Notes under the pieces: generated by a model
Databases searched by the model: none
What the model was told of the DNA's origin: nothing
The model's input: only the letters and a program-made list of their open reading frames with translations
In this document: piece after piece, positions 61,284-64,000 of the stretch
Numbering within the stretch: the first letter of the stretch is position 1
Layout of the letters: each line of letters starts with the position of its first letter
NCBI GenBank assembly: GCA_002189035.1
Contig: CM007991.1
Span: 434,001-498,000, forward strand
Length of the DNA stretch: 64,000 bases
Source of the DNA: Utricularia gibba
Taxonomy: Eukaryota; Plantae; Magnoliophyta
Reading direction: 5' to 3'
Made by a program: the position numbers and the translations under genes

Positions 61284-64000
61284 TTGCTTTTTCTTTTTTA
61301 TTTTTTGCAACGACCAAGTGATTGAAATGAAACGAAAATGAGTAGTAGTAATATGTACATGACACACAGTTCTTAGTGACCATTGAATCAACACATACAC
61401 AGCTCACAGACATCACGAGCCTTTGGAAATTGCTTTTGAGCTCCTTTACGTGGCCGTGACCTTGTCTCTCTGCTCACTCTCAACGCCTTTTATTTATTAC
61501 AAGTTGCACCTCAGATTACTTAAACATTCTGTTCTGTTCTGTTGCTCCATTTTGCCTCTCGGAATCTTGGAGACCCAACGTCCCATTTTCGCCATGTCCT
61601 CATCGCCTGCAACCCATCGACTACGGGGGTAGTGAGATTGAAAAAGGAGAAAGCGGGGAAGGACTTTAGAGGGAAAAGAGAAGATAAAAAGGAGGGAGGC
61701 TTCACGTGCAATGGAACTATGCACGATCGAGTTTGGAAGCAAGCTGGGGACGAAGGCAAACTTCTTGCGTTTTCTGCAACATGAACTTGTGTGTTCCAAC
61801 CATGTTTCCAACTTGTGTTATCTTTAAGTCGTTTTCACTTTGCTGTAGTCATGATAGATTGTTCACTCCTTGAGATTTGTTTGATGATTTCTAGCGTATC
61901 TCCATGTCATGTCTTGTTCGGAAATGAGTTCTTCACTCTTTCCTGCTGTAAGTGTGGAACGCTCCAGTGGATTCTGGAAGGTGAGATGCAGCAGAGTGAC
62001 CCTACACAGGGAGCCTTGTATGGAGATACATTCAGTGGCCAGAATGAGTAGGATAGGCACTCCAGGGCAGATTGGTGGGAAGCAGAGGATTCCAACGTGT
62101 CCATTCTACTACTTTTCCGTGGAGCATCTGGAAGAAAGGAAGGGGCAGGGGAAAATGGAAGAGAATCAGCAAGGAGAAAGGGTTCAGCTTCTGAATCTTA
62201 GAACTGAATTTACAGATTCTGCATTTCTAGTCATTTTGTAAGCAGACAGATCATGCAATTCTACATTTTACTCTCAAGGCATGATTAAGCCACGTCCCTT
62301 TGTTTCAACAAGAGGATGAATGAGCTAACGTGGCTCTTCTGTCTATACATCCAAGCCCATGAAAGCCATACAGCATCATCAATCCCACATTCATAGAGCT
62401 TGAGGGGTGCTGCTCTCCTAGCTTGCTATGCTTCAAGTGGAATGCAACTTGCTTAGTGGACTGACAGTCCCCTGCCCGCCAGTGTTTCCACCTGAAACCT
62501 TGCGTCTCCCTTTCTATCTTGCTCTTTCCCAGTTGTTCTTCCAACGAAGGAAAACAAAGGGCAAAGATAACAAGCTGCTGTTGTTATTCACATAAACAGA
62601 GAAGCTGCTGTTTTGGTCCAAAGCAGATCCAATTCTAAGATAAACAACTTTACCATTCCATAAGTAACCTCACCCAAAACGGACTGTGAGGGAGGAGCTA
62701 TTCAGTATTATCTTCAGTCTTCATGAATACTGATCCATTGCGGCCCAGCCAATAAGCTATTGATACACCAGTTTTTAAAGCGGGGAGGCAGTCAACAATA
62801 TACACGAGGGGTTGGATGAATAGCCAACCAGATTGGCGAAGAAAAAGCGTAGAGAAAATCTAAACCTAAAGCAGTAAAAAGCAAGCAGTAGAGAGAGCGA
62901 AGAGCTAGAAGCACAAAGGCAGAAGAACCAAGACCAAACAAAACAGATGAACTAAATCTGAAGCTTTTTTATTGCTTCAATAGGTGCAGTTGTTAAACTA
63001 AGCATTCCATACTTGAGCCAATTAATTGTTAAAGGTGATTTCAGTTCACATAAACAAATTATCATAACCTGGAAAACGGATTATACAACTCGCCGATGAG
63101 ACATACAGAAGCCACAGCCAGCAACTATTAACACATCCCCACAAATGCTTGGAAGAAGAGGCAGGTTCGACCAAAACCACCTCAAGTGCCTAAGCATTCG
63201 TGGGACTAAATTCCCACACCTCAAGCAAGCTAAAAATAAGCAACAAGGATTGGCAATCGCAGTACCATAGTTTGCCACATGCAGAGCTTGGTTCAACAGC
63301 TTAGTTAGCTACCTCCACACCCCTCAGAGTTGGTTTTACACTAACTTTTCACGATGCAAAATCCCTGCAAATTTCATGCTCATGAGTACAAGATAAGTGG
63401 CAAATTATTAATAGAGTATGTATGCACTCGCAGCAGCAATATTCTAACCCAGGGATAGAGGCGAATGGAGAAGATGTGACACGTAAAACAATCAAGAAAA
63501 ACGACAGTTGGAGAAAAAGTAGTTTGCAGCATTAAGCTTATTAATTTTTTTTCAACGCTGGATAAATGGAGGACTAAATGCTGTCAAGAAAGCGCACAAA
63601 ACCTGTTCTCTATTCACGCTTAAATACCACGAACAGCAGCAGCTAGTGTTGTAACCAATAAAGGAAGTGCGTCAAATTCCCTTGCAATCTTCAACAATTC
63701 TTTTCAGAAAATTATTTATAGAACGAACTAATGTGATTCAGCATCCCAAAATGGATATCTGAAAAGCGGGCAATAGGGATCACAGAGGTTTATTTGCAAA
63801 TAGTAAATATAAAGAATCAACTCCAAGTTCATATTATAATCATTTATGCCTAAAGCCTCGACAGACAGAAGGATAAAAATTTCAAAACCTCTTTTTCAGG
63901 TGATGAGGGAGAGCAATTCAGACTACATAGGCACAAATGGTACCGCAAAACCCATAAAAATAACAAATTACAAGTGCCAACAGAGAATGCGTTAATGAAA

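Noticed and set aside
62368-62388. ATACAGCATCATCAA is complementary to miR172 positions 7-21
   Set aside because: The miRNA 5' positions 1-6 are unpaired, there is no central bulge typical of target mimics, and no precursor hairpin.

Overview
Eukaryotic, angiosperm (eudicot-type) nuclear DNA. About 20 protein-coding genes are packed into 61 kb (about 1 per 3 kb), mostly with 70-100 nt introns and separated by sharply bounded AT-rich spacers. This suggests a miniaturised genome such as Utricularia/Genlisea (inference only). Gene order: STP sugar transporter (partial), GATL4, NPK1/ANP MAPKKK, CRR3, TSO1/TCX, EPFL4/5, FORKED1-like, TBL35, a BES1_N-only protein, IMK2, FBL3, PUB16, WNK5, FERONIA, At5g01970-like, LEA_2/NHL, CDKB1, GAUT7, NADP-malic enzyme, SDS22/PPP1R7 and a TINY-like DREB/ERF. 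No rRNA, tRNA, CRISPR array or intact transposon was recognised. Manual splicing revealed things the ORF track hides: (1) an in-frame TGA at an invariant Trp in exon 1 of an otherwise intact NADP-ME; (2) five single-base (-1) frameshifts at homopolymer runs in three genes, most likely assembly errors, although two sit on canonical -1 slippery heptamers; (3) a 45-aa uORF in a spliced WNK5 leader; (4) a 126-aa BES1/BZR1 protein that is DNA-binding domain only; (5) two GC-AG introns; (6) a five-tract G-quadruplex motif upstream of GAUT7; (7) a candidate spliced non-coding transcript convergent on GATL4. Homologue identities, consensus sequences and Arabidopsis loci are from recall and were not searched.
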